Below are positions 60,353 through 64,000 of a stretch of 64,000 nt of DNA, piece by piece (position 1 is the first letter of the stretch; every line of letters begins with the position of its first letter). Origin of the DNA: Eledone cirrhosa (lineage: Eukaryota); NCBI GenBank assembly GCA_964016885.1, contig OZ024751.1, positions 38,812,001-38,876,000 on the forward strand. Direction: 5' to 3'. Below the pieces are notes generated by a model that had not been told where the DNA came from, searched no databases, and saw only the letters and a list, made by a program, of their open reading frames with translations. The translations under genes were made by a program, and so were the position numbers.

Positions 60353-62215
60353 ACACATATATTTGATTGATTTTTGTCTCAACTGTCCGTTCTGTTATCA
60401 CGAGACAATATTAAAATAAGGAAATGATAACACTTACTGAAACAAGCTGGCAAAGTCAAGGGTTTCCTTTAGGTTCTCCATATTTTTCTTCGTTTGTAAC
60501 CTGCTATTTAGATTTAGCGTACGTGGTCTGAATTTATTCAACGTATCATACAATGTGTTGCAATATACATATATTTATATCGTTATATGGCATAAATGCA
60601 TTTGAACATATCATTTCAGAGTAGATTGTATACGCGCATCGTTATATAAGAATATAAATAGAGTTACCTGCATTGTTACATGATACATAGCGACATTTAA
60701 TTTCAAATCTGTATAGTACCAACGTGGCATAGTAAATATATATATATATAATAGATGTTATATAGACCTTCCATTCAATGTATATATATATATATACTAA
60801 TAATAATAATTATTATTATTATTAGTAGTAGTATATATATATATAATGTGTGTGAGTAGTATATACATGCATTATTATATACATATATTCTCACAACAAT
60901 CAGTTCCAATTAATCTTACAAAATAAAGTGTAAATTTATTTTTCATTCTATTCTGTTTCAAAGATGACAACTTTAATTCCAAATTAATTTTAATTACATT
61001 CAAAAACCCCCACTTTACATGACATAATACTATAATTTAATCTATTGTTTCATACAAAAATTACGCTTATCAATTTCTATTTTTTGTTAATTAGCTCAAT
61101 TAAACACATAAAGAAACATAAAATATTATATTACATTTATACAGAATTCATAATTTAGACGTATAAATCAAACTTTTATAACCAGTTATAATGTTCATAC
61201 CAAAAGCCTGTAAATTGTTAACGGTTGTGATATTTGAGATAATGAATAAACGTTCAAGGAATGGTAGTTGTCGTCGTCAAGATTGTGAAACTATGTCTTG
61301 CAAAATTACGATTTATCCTCCGTCCATGTCGACGACGAGCTATCAATTATCCGATCAGCTAAACGTCCAACTCATGAAATAACATGTAAATGTTTGAATA
61401 TTTCAGAGATACATGTCTCTTTTTTGTGTTATTCTGAAGAAGATTGTCAGTGGCATAATATTTGATGAGTCTGGACATGTAAATCACTGGTATTATTCCC
61501 AAGACAAACTCTCAACACAGTTTAACATCGAACTAATTTATCTCTTAAGTATAATAAGAAAGTATCAATGGGACAGATCAATTCTCATGACACCATGCAT
61601 TTTGATCGAAGTTGACGTCATAGTTAGGAGGCGAATGTTTATCGATTAAACCATGCCTGGATTTATTTGCATAACAATTGCCTCTTATTAAATTACAGCA
61701 GATAAATTCTGCACAAACTAACATGTTTAACTACATTCCAACGCGAACATAAAAAATGCAGATATCTATACAGCAGTAACATAATAACCCAATACTTTAT
61801 ATACACATAAACAATTTCGTTTTATATTCTAACTTTTACACATTTAATACCCATTATTTAATACCCATCTCATTTTATTCTATTTCCCCTTAAAGTGGAA
61901 TTCTACAAACAATTAATTTAGTAATACAATTAGAAGGACTTTGTCCCGGTTTATAAATCAATAAATATATGGAAAAGATATAAGTATGAATTTATGGTGG
62001 AGTCAGAAAGATCCTTATTGCAAGTTTTGTCTTACATATCATTTTCATAGTTTATATTTTCTATTTTCTATTGAATAAGTATTTCACAAAGAATTAATGA
62101 TTACATTTGAATAAATGCCTTTCTATAAAAACAAAATATCATATCAAAGTTCACATCTACAGTTATATTTAAGTGTAGTAAAGGCAGCACTGGCAAATGG
62201 AATGCATATATATAT

Positions 62216-62410
62216 AACGAAGGAATTGTGGTAAGGAACCAGATGGACCATACGCACCAAAGTACTCAATACTTAGGGTAGTAGAGTAGGTAATGGGAAC
62301 AAGTATGGACCCCGAGGGCAGAGCCCAAGCCGTTTCGACGACTAATTCTGGAGTCCAGAATTAGCCGTCCAAACGGCTTGAGCTCTGCCGTCGGGGTCAT
62401 ACTTGTTCCT
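62216..62410 (-). mobile_element. Fold-back PLE-derived element, family 1, copy F
   Basis: Long arm 62216-62352, centre CTGGA-G-TCCAG, short arm ending GTTCCT-(AT)n. Confidence 0.85.
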
Positions 62411-62556
62411 ATATATATATATATATAGTAAGGTGCATTATTGGTTGTGGAAAATGGTCCAATAACTTTATGTTAGCAATATTAAGTTCCCCACGCTTTT
62501 GTATATCTCCAATTCCATTCGAGGGAACAGCTAGATGATGTAAAACGGAGTATAAG

Positions 62557-62676
62557 TATCAAAATGAAAATCCGAAAGCAATCGATCTATCCGAAGACAA
62601 TCGATCTATCTCTTATTGAAACATGTGTCGTAATTAAATGATTGGAATTTTACCTTGCCTTCGGATTTTCATTTTG

Positions 62677-62679
<3 letters not shown>
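62557..62679 (+). mobile_element. Small inverted-repeat element, possible family 7 PLE relic
   Basis: 25-bp arms with 24/25 identity (62557-62581 and 62655-62679); interior GAAA-CATGTG-TC; ends in (TA)n. Confidence 0.5.
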
Positions 62680-62732
<53 letters not shown>

Positions 62733-63054
62733 GATTGTTTTTTTATGTATGTGTGTGAGTGATTTGTTTTTATATAGACTACCGTCTTTATTAACAATAC
62801 TATATCAAGGCAGTATGTATCTATGTATGTATATATGTATGTAAGTATGTATGTATCGGTGCGGAGAAGGGTGTAAATAATTTAAATTATTTTCTCCGAC
62901 AAAATAATGATTATGTATTCTTAACATGATACAAAAGTAAGTATTACATCGCATTTGAAATTATCAAATACATATACACACCCATGCGCAAACGCGTAAA
63001 CACACACACTGACACACACACATATGTATATATGTATATATATATATATATGTA

Positions 63055-63084
<30 letters not shown>

Positions 63085-63104
<20 letters not shown>

Positions 63105-63134
63105 CATATAGATGTATATATATACATATATATG

Positions 63135-63193
<59 letters not shown>

Positions 63194-63197
63194 GATG

Positions 63198-63230
<33 letters not shown>

Positions 63231-63255
63231 ATATACATATAGATGTATATATATA

Positions 63256-63305
<50 letters not shown>

Positions 63306-63539
63306 CATACATATAGATGTATATATATACATATATATGTATATATATATATATACATACATACATATAGATGTATATATATACATATATATGTATATAT
63401 ATATATATACATACATACATATAGATGTATATATATACATATATATGTATATATATATATATATATATACATACATATAGATGTATATATATACATATAT
63501 ATGTATATATATATATATATATATACATATAGATGTATA

Positions 63540-63577
<38 letters not shown>

Positions 63578-63581
63578 GATG

Positions 63582-63630
<49 letters not shown>

Positions 63631-63635
63631 GTATA
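63085..63635. repeat. (TA)n-derived satellite with an approximately 54-bp higher-order unit
   Basis: CATATAGATGTAT recurs about 8 times; 18-aa periodicity in the translated frames over about 63300-63470. Confidence 0.9.
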
Positions 63636-63875
63636 CACACACATATTATTTAAGACGAAAAGTTGTTTGGATACTGCTAGGCAGGTGATTTGAGTCTATA
63701 TTGCGTGTCATTCTATGTACGTAATATTTAGGATATACTTAATTTACATCTATATAAGATTTATATATACATATCATATATATATATATATGCACTTAAC
63801 GAACACGTGTGACCATACATATCTATCCTTCTCTATATCTCTCTATCTCTCTCTCTCCCTCTCTCTCTCTCTCTA

Positions 63876-63951
<76 letters not shown>

Positions 63952-64000
63952 TATATATGTATGTAGTGCATTATTTTCCGAAAGATATTTAACATAGATT

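Overview
AT-rich, microsatellite-saturated eukaryotic non-coding DNA. The SINE/LINE inventory and (TA)n/(CA)n density resemble a coleoid cephalopod (Octopus-like) genome; this is an inference, not a database match. I can support no intact protein-coding gene: nearly all supplied ORFs are microsatellite or palindrome artefacts. Recognisable content is tRNA-headed SINEs, decayed RTE- and CR1-type LINE fragments and one possible retrocopy. The main signal is about 15 insertions, from 5-7 sequence families, of short elements at (TA)n tracts that carry minimal type I hammerhead ribozyme (HHR) motifs. One copy (15473-16403) keeps the C-terminus of a GIY-YIG endonuclease, a complete HHR and an inverted terminal repeat, which identifies it as a Penelope-like element (PLE). 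Most others are asymmetric fold-back palindromes that turn at or within the inferred HHR stem II. They keep only the GAAA-stem III-UH half of the ribozyme, share copy-private variants between their two arms, and in one family show flip/flop loop isomers.
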